This document shows, piece by piece, positions 29,802 through 39,065 of a stretch of 58,792 bases of DNA; the first letter of the stretch is position 1; every line of letters begins with the position of its first letter. The notes beneath the pieces are model-generated. The model saw only the letters and a program-made list of their open reading frames with translations. It had not been told where the DNA came from and ran no database searches. Where the stretch lies: NCBI GenBank assembly GCA_018711135.1, contig DVIS01000022.1, positions 1 to 58,792 on the forward strand, given 5' to 3'. The stretch is from Candidatus Onthousia faecavium. GTDB lineage: Bacteria > Bacillota_I > Bacilli_A > RF39 > UBA660. The position numbers and the translations under genes were made by a program.

Positions 29802-32800
29802 TTAAAATAAACTCAACTGGTTAGAGTCAGGTAACTCACTAACAATTCCCATCTCTACCATTTTATCTGTTAGCGTCTTAGAAACTTTACCCCGTTTTTG
29901 TAAATCTTCTTTACTCAAGAATGGTCCTTTATCTCTTGCTTCAACAATTGTTTTCGCCACTGTAACTCCAAGACCATCTATCGTTTTAAATGGTGGTATC
30001 AAAGTATTTTCATGTTCTGTATCAACAATAAACCTCGTCGCATCACTTTTCTCAAGAGAAATTGGTGCAAATTTAATACCTCTAGCTGTCGCTTCCAACG
30101 CTACATGTAAAGAATCTATAATACCAGTCTCTTTATTAGTCGCTTCAAAACCTTTCGCCATTAAATCTTCATAACGTGTTTTAATCGCATTATACCCTTT
30201 TATCATCGTCTCAATATCAAAATCATCTACTCTAATTGAGAAGAAAGCTGCATAATAGTATAAAGGTTGATAAACTTTAAACCACGCTATTCTAATCGCA
30301 CTCATAACATAAGCACAAGCATGTGCTTTTGGGAACATGTATTTTATTTTATGACAAGACTCAATATACCACTCAGGCACATGAGCTTCTCTCATCTCTT
30401 CAACCATACCTTTCCAAGTTTCTGGATCCTTTGTCGCTTTACCTTTTCTAACATGCTCCATTATTTTAAAGGCTCTAATCGGTTTCATTCCCCAGTTCAT
30501 TAAGTTAACCATAATATCATCACGGCATCCAATAACGTCTTTAAACGGCACAATTTTATTTTTAATTAATTCACTCGCATTACCTGCCCAAACATCAGTA
30601 CCATGTGATAGACCAGATATCTTAACAAGCTCTGCAAAAGTACTAGGTTTTGTCTCTACTAACATCTGAATAACAAACCGTGTTCCTAACTCCGGTAATC
30701 CAAGTGTTCCTGTTGAACACAATATATCTTCTTCACTAACTCCTAAAGCTTTAGGACTAGAAAGAATCGAGAATATTTTTTTATCATCCATTGGTAAAGT
30801 TGTAATATCAATACCTGATAAATCTTGTAACATTCTAAGAACCGTCGGATCATCGTGACCTAGAATATCAAGTTTTAACACGTCTTGATCAATCGCATGG
30901 TAATCAAAGTGTGTTGTCCTCCAAAGCGATGTATTATCATCAGCAGGATATTGGAACGGCGTAAAATCAAAAACATCCATATATCCAGGAATAACAACAA
31001 TACCTCCTGGATGTTGGCCCGTTGTTCTTTTGACCCCTGTACATCCAATAGCAAGACGTTCAATCTCCACGCTTCTTTTATCAGGATTACCATGTTCTTC
31101 AAAATACCCTTTAACATAACCATATGCCGTTTTCTCAGCAACTGTACCGATTGTTCCAGCTCGATAAACATTATCAACCCCAAACAACACTTTTGTATAC
31201 TCATGAGCTTTCCATTGATACTCTCCAGAAAAGTTAAGATCAATATCGGGAACTTTATCAGCATTGAAACCAAGGAAGGTTGCAAAAGGCATATCTTGCC
31301 CTTCCTTACCTAAAGGTTGACCACATTTAGGACATATTTTATCTGGTAAATCATAGCCTGACGAATAATCTTTTCCATAAGACTCCCCATTTTCATCAAT
31401 AAACTCTGAATATTTACACTCTTTATTCCGACACAAATAATGAGCAGGCAATGGATTAACCTCAGTTATACCCATCATTGTCGCGACGAAACTAGAACCA
31501 ACTGAACCACGAGACCCAACGATATAACCATCATCATTAGAGTGTTTAACTAACTTTTGGGCAATCAAATAAATAACATCGAACCCTCCACCAATAACAC
31601 CACCTAATTTTTTCTTCATACTAGCATCAAGTTCTTCTTCACTACTATCTGGATTAGTTATTTTCAAGTTCTCTTTTATTTTCTTTTTAACCTCATCAAA
31701 ACCTGCTAACAACGTCTCATGTAATCGTTTAAATAATTCTATCTTAAAAGCTTCTCCTTCTAATTTACCTTCTCTTTTAAGTTCATCTTCTATCGCCTCA
31801 TAAACCCCATCACCATATAACTCTTTACTAATTCTCTCTTCAATATTATATGGCAATGGATCTCCATACATATCACTAGCTTTAGAAAAAACAAGTTCTG
31901 TAACTGTCTCTACACTTTTATCAATTTTAGGTGAAAAAGGAATACCACCTGTTTCAATAATAACCTCTAATATTTCTGCCATATCAGCTATTTTCTTAGG
32001 ATTATCAATTACAATTAGTTTTCTTGTTGCATCATCTAAGAACGAAAAGTCATTAAGCATTTCTTTAGTAGTCCTAAAATGATTACTTGGAATATTTTTA
32101 ATTCCTCCTCGTGCTAAAGGATGTCTTCCCCCTCCTGGCACTTTTTGATTTATAATTATTTCTCTATATATTTTATCTGCTCTTGTTATATGATGAACAT
32201 CCCCTGTTGCTACAATTAATTTACCCGCTTCTATTGTTGTATTGATAATTTTCTTTATATTAGTAATAATCTCCCCTTCGTTAGCAAAGTCACTGGTATC
32301 AATTAAATGAACATAACACTCTGGTGGTTGTACCTCAACATAATCATAGAATCTAATGATATTAGATAATTCTTCTTCACTCTTACTAGCCGCTTCCCTA
32401 AATACCTCTCCTTCATAACATCCACTACCAATTAAAAGGCCTTCCCGATATTTTTCTACTACACTTCTGGGAATACGTGGTGTTTTATACAAATAGGTTG
32501 TATTAGCATAACTGACGATTTTAAAAAGATTCTTTAATCCCACTTTATTTAAAGCCAAAATATTAATATGATTAGTTCTACCATATTTATATAACTCATC
32601 TGTCGCAACTAAACTCTCTAAAGCATCCATTGTTTCAATATTACGATTATCAAGTTTCTCAAGCATTTTATAAAAGACTAACGCTGTCCCTTCTGCATCA
32701 TAATCTCCTCTATGATGAGATTCTTCATCCCAAGGTACATTATATCTTTTAACTAAAGCCGACAAACTATGTCTTGCATACGTATTATCAAGAGTTCTAG

Positions 32801-34400
32801 ATAACTCCAAGGTATCAATAACAGGATTTTTAAACTCTCCAAGATTATATTTACGATAAGCCATTTCTAAAAAAGATACATCGAATTTCGCATTATGAGC
32901 CACCATTGGTAAATCAGCAAACCACTCTACAAATCTCTTAACAGCATTTTCCTCTGTATCTTTATCTTCAAGCATCGCATCGGTTATATTAGTAATATCA
33001 ATTATTTTACTAGGTAAAGGTCTTCCTGGATTAATAAGTTCATCATAACGCTCTAAAATAACGCCTTCCTTCATTTTAACTGCTCCTATTTCAATAATAG
33101 AATCAGCTCCTCCAGCATTAAACCCCGTTGTTTCAAAATCAAATACTACATAAGTTTCATCAAGTAATTTATGATCATTCGCTCTAATAACGATATCTAC
33201 TTTATCATCAACCATTACAAGCTCTGTTCCATATAAAGCCTTAAATTTCTCATCATCACTTTTACCTTTATTATAGCCTTTAACAAGATTATAAACATGA
33301 GGAAAAGCTTGTACTCCATTATGGTCTGTAATCGCAATCGCTTTATGTCCCCACTCCATCGCTTGTTTAACTATTTTTTCTTCATCCGCAACTCCATCCA
33401 TCTGACTCATCTTCGTATGGACATGTAATTCAATTCTCTTTTCTTCTGCATCATCTATTATTTTTTCTTCTTCATGATCTATTGGCATAATATCTCTAGC
33501 ATTAAGCACCAACTCATCGTGAGAAAAACTATCTTTTTTGGTATTTCCTCTTATCTTAAACCATTTTCCTACTTTTAACTCTTTACATAGTCTTTCATAC
33601 TCTTCATCTTCTTTACAAAAAACTTTACAAGCAATACTATCAGTTTCATCTGTAAATTTTAGAGTAATTATTTTAAAGTTAGATTTATTAGACTCAAAGT
33701 AATCAACTCCAAAGATATATCCTTCTACTGTAACATCATTATCTTCACCTAATAATAGACTCATTTTAATAGGTTCACTATCGATAATTCTACCTAATAT
33801 ACAGCCTTCATCTCTTTTTTTAGAAACTCTTACATAACTACCTTTTGATTTTTCTTTAACCACTGGACTCTTAATCACCTCTGGAATACTAACTGAAGCT
33901 AGTTCTTCTTTAATCTCATTAATAGTCTCATCATCTTCTCTAACTACCACTGGAATATATTCATTATAGCCAATACTATGATAAAAAAGATTAATATATT
34001 TACTAATCCCCTTAAGTCTATCCTCTTCTTTTTTATTAAAAGCTATTAATCTAAGATTATCACCATCAAGTTCTAAAGCTCCAAGATATATCTCTACCAG
34101 ATTTATAACTCCATCTTCTTTTAACTTTTCAAGGATATTATTATAATAACCAAGTAACAAGTTATTATCTTTACTCTTAACCTCAAAGTTAAAACTAACC
34201 TCTTTTCCAAAGACATTTTTATTAGTAAAAAGATTTTCTATCACCTCATAAGGTAAATAACTATTAACAGTAAGCTTAATCAAAACATCTCCCTTATTTT
34301 TATGAATAATAATTTTATCTAAACTAGCTCCCTCAAAGAACGAATAATATTCTTCTTTTAATTTTATTCTCTGTAAAAATAAGGTTAATTTCTCTTTCAT
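29802..34400 (-). CDS. polC: DNA polymerase III PolC-type alpha subunit
   Basis: OB fold, PHP domain (ELHVHTKMS.MDG), exonuclease (VFDFETTG), GSRGSVGSS and KVPDIDLNFSG. Confidence 0.98.
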   Translation of the reverse strand: MKEKLTLFLQRIKLKEEYYSFFEGASLDKIIIHKNKGDVLIKLTVNSYLPYEVIENLFTNKNVFGKEVSFNFEVKSKDNNLLLGYYNNILEKLKEDGVINLVEIYLGALELDGDNLRLIAFNKKEEDRLKGISKYINLFYHSIGYNEYIPVVVREDDETINEIKEELASVSIPEVIKSPVVKEKSKGSYVRVSKKRDEGCILGRIIDSEPIKMSLLLGEDNDVTVEGYIFGVDYFESNKSNFKIITLKFTDETDSIACKVFCKEDEEYERLCKELKVGKWFKIRGNTKKDSFSHDELVLNARDIMPIDHEEEKIIDDAEEKRIELHVHTKMSQMDGVADEEKIVKQAMEWGHKAIAITDHNGVQAFPHVYNLVKGYNKGKSDDEKFKALYGTELVMVDDKVDIVIRANDHKLLDETYVVFDFETTGFNAGGADSIIEIGAVKMKEGVILERYDELINPGRPLPSKIIDITNITDAMLEDKDTEENAVKRFVEWFADLPMVAHNAKFDVSFLEMAYRKYNLGEFKNPVIDTLELSRTLDNTYARHSLSALVKRYNVPWDEESHHRGDYDAEGTALVFYKMLEKLDNRNIETMDALESLVATDELYKYGRTNHINILALNKVGLKNLFKIVSYANTTYLYKTPRIPRSVVEKYREGLLIGSGCYEGEVFREAASKSEEELSNIIRFYDYVEVQPPECYVHLIDTSDFANEGEIITNIKKIINTTIEAGKLIVATGDVHHITRADKIYREIIINQKVPGGGRHPLARGGIKNIPSNHFRTTKEMLNDFSFLDDATRKLIVIDNPKKIADMAEILEVIIETGGIPFSPKIDKSVETVTELVFSKASDMYGDPLPYNIEERISKELYGDGVYEAIEDELKREGKLEGEAFKIELFKRLHETLLAGFDEVKKKIKENLKITNPDSSEEELDASMKKKLGGVIGGGFDVIYLIAQKLVKHSNDDGYIVGSRGSVGSSFVATMMGITEVNPLPAHYLCRNKECKYSEFIDENGESYGKDYSSGYDLPDKICPKCGQPLGKEGQDMPFATFLGFNADKVPDIDLNFSGEYQWKAHEYTKVLFGVDNVYRAGTIGTVAEKTAYGYVKGYFEEHGNPDKRSVEIERLAIGCTGVKRTTGQHPGGIVVIPGYMDVFDFTPFQYPADDNTSLWRTTHFDYHAIDQDVLKLDILGHDDPTVLRMLQDLSGIDITTLPMDDKKIFSILSSPKALGVSEEDILCSTGTLGLPELGTRFVIQMLVETKPSTFAELVKISGLSHGTDVWAGNASELIKNKIVPFKDVIGCRDDIMVNLMNWGMKPIRAFKIMEHVRKGKATKDPETWKGMVEEMREAHVPEWYIESCHKIKYMFPKAHACAYVMSAIRIAWFKVYQPLYYYAAFFSIRVDDFDIETMIKGYNAIKTRYEDLMAKGFEATNKETGIIDSLHVALEATARGIKFAPISLEKSDATRFIVDTEHENTLIPPFKTIDGLGVTVAKTIVEARDKGPFLSKEDLQKRGKVSKTLTDKMVEMGIVSELPDSNQLSLF

Positions 34401-34414
34401 ACTGCACACTCCCG

Positions 34415-35254
34415 TTATATAATTTCTAATTCTCTTATTTTTAATATATATTTTTGATTTCTAATACAAAAATCAATAAAAGTACACAAATCAACTCCTG
34501 CCAATTTTCTTTCAAAAGTATATTTATCCAAATCAAAAGCGATATTATCTACAAGCATTCTATTAAGTATCTCTTCCTTAGAATATCCTAAGTACATAAG
34601 AAAATATGGATATAATTGTCTCTTTAAGTATTTTAACGAATTATCCCCTCTTAAGTAAACACTTTTTCCAAAAGTTCTAGAAGCAAGTTCATTATCAATA
34701 GCAAGTTCAATTATCGCATCTACTATATCTTTATATTCTAGGTTATAATTGTCTAATTCTTTTTTTAATATATAGTGAATTATATTAATAATAGCCAATT
34801 TATAATTACTAACATCACTCCTATTACCCCAAGTAATAGTATTAACTCTTCTATTTTTAGGTACCATCATCCCTATAACATCAAGTCTTTTATCCACAAT
34901 TAAAACATGATATAGTTTAATATCAAATTTTAAGATATCTTTTATATTTTTATATAGATCTTTTTTTATACTATCATAAGTCTTTACTAGTTCTCTTCTA
35001 TATTCTTCTGTATCATTTCTTATTTCTTTATAGATATCACTTTCTTTAACAAGATCAAAAATAGTATCATCATCTGGTATATAGTTTTTAGGATCTTTAA
35101 GTATTTTTGCCTCTTCCCTTCCTAAAACATTGTATAAGTGACGATAATTTTTCCACAGTTTTTGTTTAAATAGTTGTACTTCATTGGAGATAGAAGGTTT
35201 AAATAACAAATTCCAAATCAAAACATAATCGTTTAAAACAAAATTCAAATTCAT
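34415..35254 (-). CDS. hypothetical protein co-transcribed with polC
   Basis: 279-aa ORF ending close to the polC start. Confidence 0.7.
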   Translation of the reverse strand: MNLNFVLNDYVLIWNLLFKPSISNEVQLFKQKLWKNYRHLYNVLGREEAKILKDPKNYIPDDDTIFDLVKESDIYKEIRNDTEEYRRELVKTYDSIKKDLYKNIKDILKFDIKLYHVLIVDKRLDVIGMMVPKNRRVNTITWGNRSDVSNYKLAIINIIHYILKKELDNYNLEYKDIVDAIIELAIDNELASRTFGKSVYLRGDNSLKYLKRQLYPYFLMYLGYSKEEILNRMLVDNIAFDLDKYTFERKLAGVDLCTFIDFCIRNQKYILKIRELEII

Positions 35255-35316
35255 AATTTTCCCCCTAACATTCTATATATCAAGTCTATCACAAATATTT
35301 TAAGATTTAAAGAAAA

Positions 35317-35340
35317 ACTATCAAGAATTCTCTTGGTAGT
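35317..35340 (-). terminator. intrinsic terminator
   Basis: Minus strand ACTACCAAGA-GAAT-TCTTGATAGT followed by TTTT. Confidence 0.65.
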
Positions 35341-35369
35341 CTCTCTCATCTAACGAGGATTAAATTTTA

Positions 35370-37214
35370 TCACATATTAGGACTCATCACGAGGCGGAAT
35401 GAACGGCCACTACCAGCACTACCATTGTAGCTATTAAAGTAGAACACACCAGCATTAATATTTGCATAATCACCACCACGCCCAAACCATGGGAATTCAG
35501 CATCTATCATGTTCTGATAATCACTATACCATCCCGCCGTCTCACTTAAACCATGACTTAAACATTCTCCTCCGTTACATGCTGTACTCACCGTACTACT
35601 TGTATATTTATCATAGTATTTAGATTCAGGCATGCTACTAAATCCGGAACTACCTATTGTATCATTGTAATTACCAATTACATATTCCCAAGCTCCTCCT
35701 GACATATCATATACTCCATATATCGTTCCTGTTGTACTTGCTCCTACGCCTTTTCCTGTTAAACCAGTCTCATCTCTTACATTATTGTCATATGTATATT
35801 GACATCCATAATCTGTATTTCCATTACTCGGGATTCCATAACTACATCCAGTTATATAACTATCTGATTTATTTTGATATATTTCTTTATCTGCACCCGC
35901 AAAATTCTCATTTCCTAACTTGCCATATCTACTTTGTGATAAGTATGCTACTACTCCCCATTCACTGTTCTTCATCGCATGTGAGTTCATGCTTTCACTA
36001 AATCCATATCTATTTCCTGCTGCACTTACCTTTGTTGCTACTGTATGAATATTACTTACATATATATTTCTCCAACTCGTTACGTTTGGTTTAATCATTG
36101 GATCTAAGGTTGTATCGTTGCTTCCTCCAAAACTTGCCAACGGATTAGAACTACTCGTCTCAAATTTTCCAACCCAGATTCCTGGTAACTCTTCTCCATC
36201 ATACGTAAAAGCATCTGGAGTCCGATAGTTCTTTGGTGTCTCTGTGGCAAGATATTTTGCATTACCTGTATCTTTAGTATTAGTATCTATAAACTTAATA
36301 TCTATCTCTCCTGGACGTGAAGCTGAAGGTGTTGTGTCAAGATATATTCCTTTCTTACCATAGTAACTAGCTCCTCCATTTTCACTTGCTATCGTATATG
36401 AGTATCTTGGTATCCATACCCACATAGTTTCTATATCATCCATATTTATTGTTGTTCCAACTGCTGCACTCTGGTATTCTGCTAACTTATCACTTTTTAC
36501 GGTAACAGCATTTGCCCATATTCCCATATCATAGTTATACCAATTATTAGCAGTATCTGTTTTTACCCAGTTATAACCATCATGTTTTACTGCTATCATA
36601 TTATCATCCATTACTGGAGCATTAACATTATCTGTTCCTTGGTCAAAATCAGCATCTGCTACTTGTTGTGATGCAAATACTTTTAATTTTCCTAAAAATA
36701 CTTTTCCTATCGCTTCATTATTCGCATTTATATTAAGCCAAATCCTAAGTTCACAATCTACCTCTTCATCAGCATCTATTATTCCATAACTCATTATATA
36801 TGAATCAGATAATGTTCCTGTAAAAGTCCTATCTCCCATCTTTAATTCATATCTAACATCTCTACTATCTAATAACTCACAGCTTCCCCCACTATCAGTT
36901 TCACAGGCACTTATCGCTTCTTCATCATCAACAACTCCTAAAGTATAATATAAAGGAATAGCGCTATTATTCTTTAATGTAAAAGTATATGGTTCACCTG
37001 CTTTACCTTCATCATCATAAGTGGGTATAGTATTTACTAACTGTATCCCTTCATTCGTTTCATTTAAGACAAGTTCTATATCTCCTACTACTATATTCAT
37101 ATCTTTTTCGCCATACTTAATAACATATAACCACGCATAAGACATTCCTACTAATAATAAAATAATAACTATAACAAGAACTATTATTATTTTTTTCTCC
37201 TTATTCAATTTCAC
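35370..37214 (-). CDS. surface protein: SipW/TasA-like N-terminus plus FGE-sulfatase-type CLec domain; probable DGR target
   Basis: SYAW..VGDIEL, WVWIPRY, GIWVGKFE, ASTTGTIYGVYDMSGGAWEYV and RGG.....AGVF.F....G......SFR. Confidence 0.75.
   Translation of the reverse strand: MKLNKEKKIIIVLVIVIILLLVGMSYAWLYVIKYGEKDMNIVVGDIELVLNETNEGIQLVNTIPTYDDEGKAGEPYTFTLKNNSAIPLYYTLGVVDDEEAISACETDSGGSCELLDSRDVRYELKMGDRTFTGTLSDSYIMSYGIIDADEEVDCELRIWLNINANNEAIGKVFLGKLKVFASQQVADADFDQGTDNVNAPVMDDNMIAVKHDGYNWVKTDTANNWYNYDMGIWANAVTVKSDKLAEYQSAAVGTTINMDDIETMWVWIPRYSYTIASENGGASYYGKKGIYLDTTPSASRPGEIDIKFIDTNTKDTGNAKYLATETPKNYRTPDAFTYDGEELPGIWVGKFETSSSNPLASFGGSNDTTLDPMIKPNVTSWRNIYVSNIHTVATKVSAAGNRYGFSESMNSHAMKNSEWGVVAYLSQSRYGKLGNENFAGADKEIYQNKSDSYITGCSYGIPSNGNTDYGCQYTYDNNVRDETGLTGKGVGASTTGTIYGVYDMSGGAWEYVIGNYNDTIGSSGFSSMPESKYYDKYTSSTVSTACNGGECLSHGLSETAGWYSDYQNMIDAEFPWFGRGGDYANINAGVFYFNSYNGSAGSGRSFRLVMSPNM
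35380..35495 (-). repeat. putative DGR variable region
   Basis: 55 of 120 bases are G+C over 35381-35500; variable codons derivable from AAC/AAT. Confidence 0.6.
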
Positions 37215-37283
37215 TATCTACCACTCCTACCACATTTAGTATATACATTTTACTATCGTTAATACTTTTATTCTTCTATTTAA

Positions 37284-37312
37284 ATTATAGGATAAATACA
37301 TAGGTAATGCAA
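37284..37312 (-). promoter_or_regulatory. sigma-A promoter of the 614-aa gene
   Basis: Minus strand TTGCAT-17-TATAAT. Confidence 0.6.
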
Positions 37313-37388
37313 GTAACTTATTTACGAACAATATAAAAACAGACTGTTAAAAAACAATCTGCACCTATTATAAATCATAAATCTATCG

Positions 37389-38846
37389 TTATAACAATTC
37401 TAATTGATAAGGATCACTAAGACTACCATTTCCATTAGTTATTATTATTTTTTGTTTCAAATAAACAGTAGGAAAAACTGTATCACTATAGTAAGGATAA
37501 GTTGTTGTAAGATATCCTGCATTATTAACATGAAATATTCTATTTACAAACTCAGAAGAAGCCGTAATGGTAACTTTCATATTAGACTCAATCTTATAAA
37601 TCCAATTATTATTATAGCAATCACTTGCCCATGAATATAAATAATTATTATAGCATTCTTCTCTTGAGGTATTAGCTCCACCACTAGTTGCAAAACCATA
37701 ATCAGAAGGATAAATAAGTCCAACTTTTCCTGTCCAGCTTATTTGCCTTTCATTATTATAAGTTAAATTACCACGTTCATAATTATAAAATTCAATTGGT
37801 GTTACATAAATATCAGCCACTCCTCCAAGATACCAAACACTATTATCAATCATTTTTTTAGCATCATCTAGCAACCCTACTGTTGTAAAATCACAAGTAC
37901 TAGTAGCATTATTTATACCATTGTAGCAAATACCACTAGCTCTATTCCAATAAAGACTGCCACCAATCTCTTCATTTTCATGCCCTTCATTTAACAGATG
38001 ATTTAATGAAGAATTAACAAAATCACTATTACCATATTCACCCGTATTATCAAAAGACACCTCATAAATACCCGTATTACTCATTATCTTTAATCGTTCT
38101 TCTTCCTTTCCTGTTCCATCATCAACAGTAAAAACACCTATTATACGCCATAATTCATCATTAAAATATATATAATTATTTGGTTCACTACCAATATAAC
38201 GATAATCAATTATTTGATCTGTTTGCATAGTTTTTTCTTGAGAAAAAAGATATAATTCCTTAGTTCTTAATACATCATCATCTAATGTTGCTTTAATCTT
38301 TAAAGCCTCGTCTGCTAATAAATCATATTTTTGAAACAAATGTCCATCACTAGGTAAACTCAAATTATTATAATCTAGTCCCACTTGCACACCAATTTTA
38401 ATAGTTTGTGTCACCAAAGTAGAATTGAAAACTGTAATTAAATATGTATTAACACTCCCAATCGAATCTTTAGCTGTTAAATTTACTCCTGAAGCATTAG
38501 GAGGAATATTTCTATTATCTCCTTCTAAATACCCCATCTTTACTCCTTCATCTACCTCACCTATATAATAAAAATTAAATCTTGCTATTCTCTCATTAGG
38601 ATTACTTAAAGTAACAGTAAATGTAGCTGTATCCAACGCATTTACTACTATTTCATCTATACTAACTCCATCAATTTTCAAATCATAACTTAATGTCCCT
38701 GTCACAATACTTATCGCATTATTTTTTTCTTTACTTACAGTAAACATCGCATACGAATAATAACTTGCTAATAGTAATAAAGTTATTAGTATTACACTTA
38801 TTATATATATTTTTGATACTTTAGTATTTAATAATAGTCTTTTCAT
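37389..38846 (-). CDS. surface protein: SipW/TasA-like N-terminus plus DUF6273-like CLec domain
   Basis: YSYAMFT..TGTLSY, YRYIG.EPNNYIYF..ELWRIIG, KVGLIYPSDY and VFPTVYLK...GNGS..DPYQL. Confidence 0.72.
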   Translation of the reverse strand: MKRLLLNTKVSKIYIISVILITLLLLASYYSYAMFTVSKEKNNAISIVTGTLSYDLKIDGVSIDEIVVNALDTATFTVTLSNPNERIARFNFYYIGEVDEGVKMGYLEGDNRNIPPNASGVNLTAKDSIGSVNTYLITVFNSTLVTQTIKIGVQVGLDYNNLSLPSDGHLFQKYDLLADEALKIKATLDDDVLRTKELYLFSQEKTMQTDQIIDYRYIGSEPNNYIYFNDELWRIIGVFTVDDGTGKEEERLKIMSNTGIYEVSFDNTGEYGNSDFVNSSLNHLLNEGHENEEIGGSLYWNRASGICYNGINNATSTCDFTTVGLLDDAKKMIDNSVWYLGGVADIYVTPIEFYNYERGNLTYNNERQISWTGKVGLIYPSDYGFATSGGANTSREECYNNYLYSWASDCYNNNWIYKIESNMKVTITASSEFVNRIFHVNNAGYLTTTYPYYSDTVFPTVYLKQKIIITNGNGSLSDPYQLELL

Positions 38847-38869
38847 TTTTTTACTCCTTTCATTTAACC

Positions 38870-38902
38870 AAAAAAAGAACAGAATCCTTCTATCCTGTTC
38901 TT
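38870..38902 (-). terminator. leader (attenuator) terminator directly upstream of the 485-aa gene
   Basis: AAGAACAGGAT-AGAAGG-ATTCTGTTCTT followed by a U-run, ending about 24 nt before the ATG. Confidence 0.75.
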
Positions 38903-38932
38903 ATTCCACGATTAAAGAAAGTACTTAAGCTT

Positions 38933-38983
38933 CTAAAGTCCCCCCCCCCAGGTAACTATTTGTAAACGGATGCTAGCTTGCAT
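38933..38983 (-). CDS. putative leader peptide MQASIRLQIVTWGGGL spanning the G10 tract
   Basis: SD AGAAGGT 7 nt before ATG 38983; stop position depends on G-tract length. Confidence 0.55.
   Translation of the reverse strand: MQASIRLQIVTWGGGL
38940..38949 (-). repeat. poly-G (G10) simple sequence repeat
   Basis: C10 on the plus strand; the only long G/C homopolymer I saw in this AT-rich window. Confidence 0.9.
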
Positions 38984-39065
38984 TTTTCATACCTTCTTTC
39001 TATTTGTTCTATATCAATATTATCATACTAATTACCTAGAATACAAGATTATAATTTTTATTTTT

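Noticed and set aside
31600-31820. Intein in polC
   Set aside because: Too short, and lacks splice-junction residues.
37440-37570. DGR variable region in the 485-aa gene
   Set aside because: AT-rich host-like codons with no NNC signature.
38973-38990. Five-codon ORF MKNAS* as the leader peptide
   Set aside because: Its ATG directly abuts the SD; ATG 38983 has normal 7-nt spacing.
38870-39000. Riboswitch (c-di-GMP or c-di-AMP) in the leader
   Set aside because: I recognised no aptamer consensus; the leader ORF and G-tract explain the terminator better. An Rfam scan would settle it.
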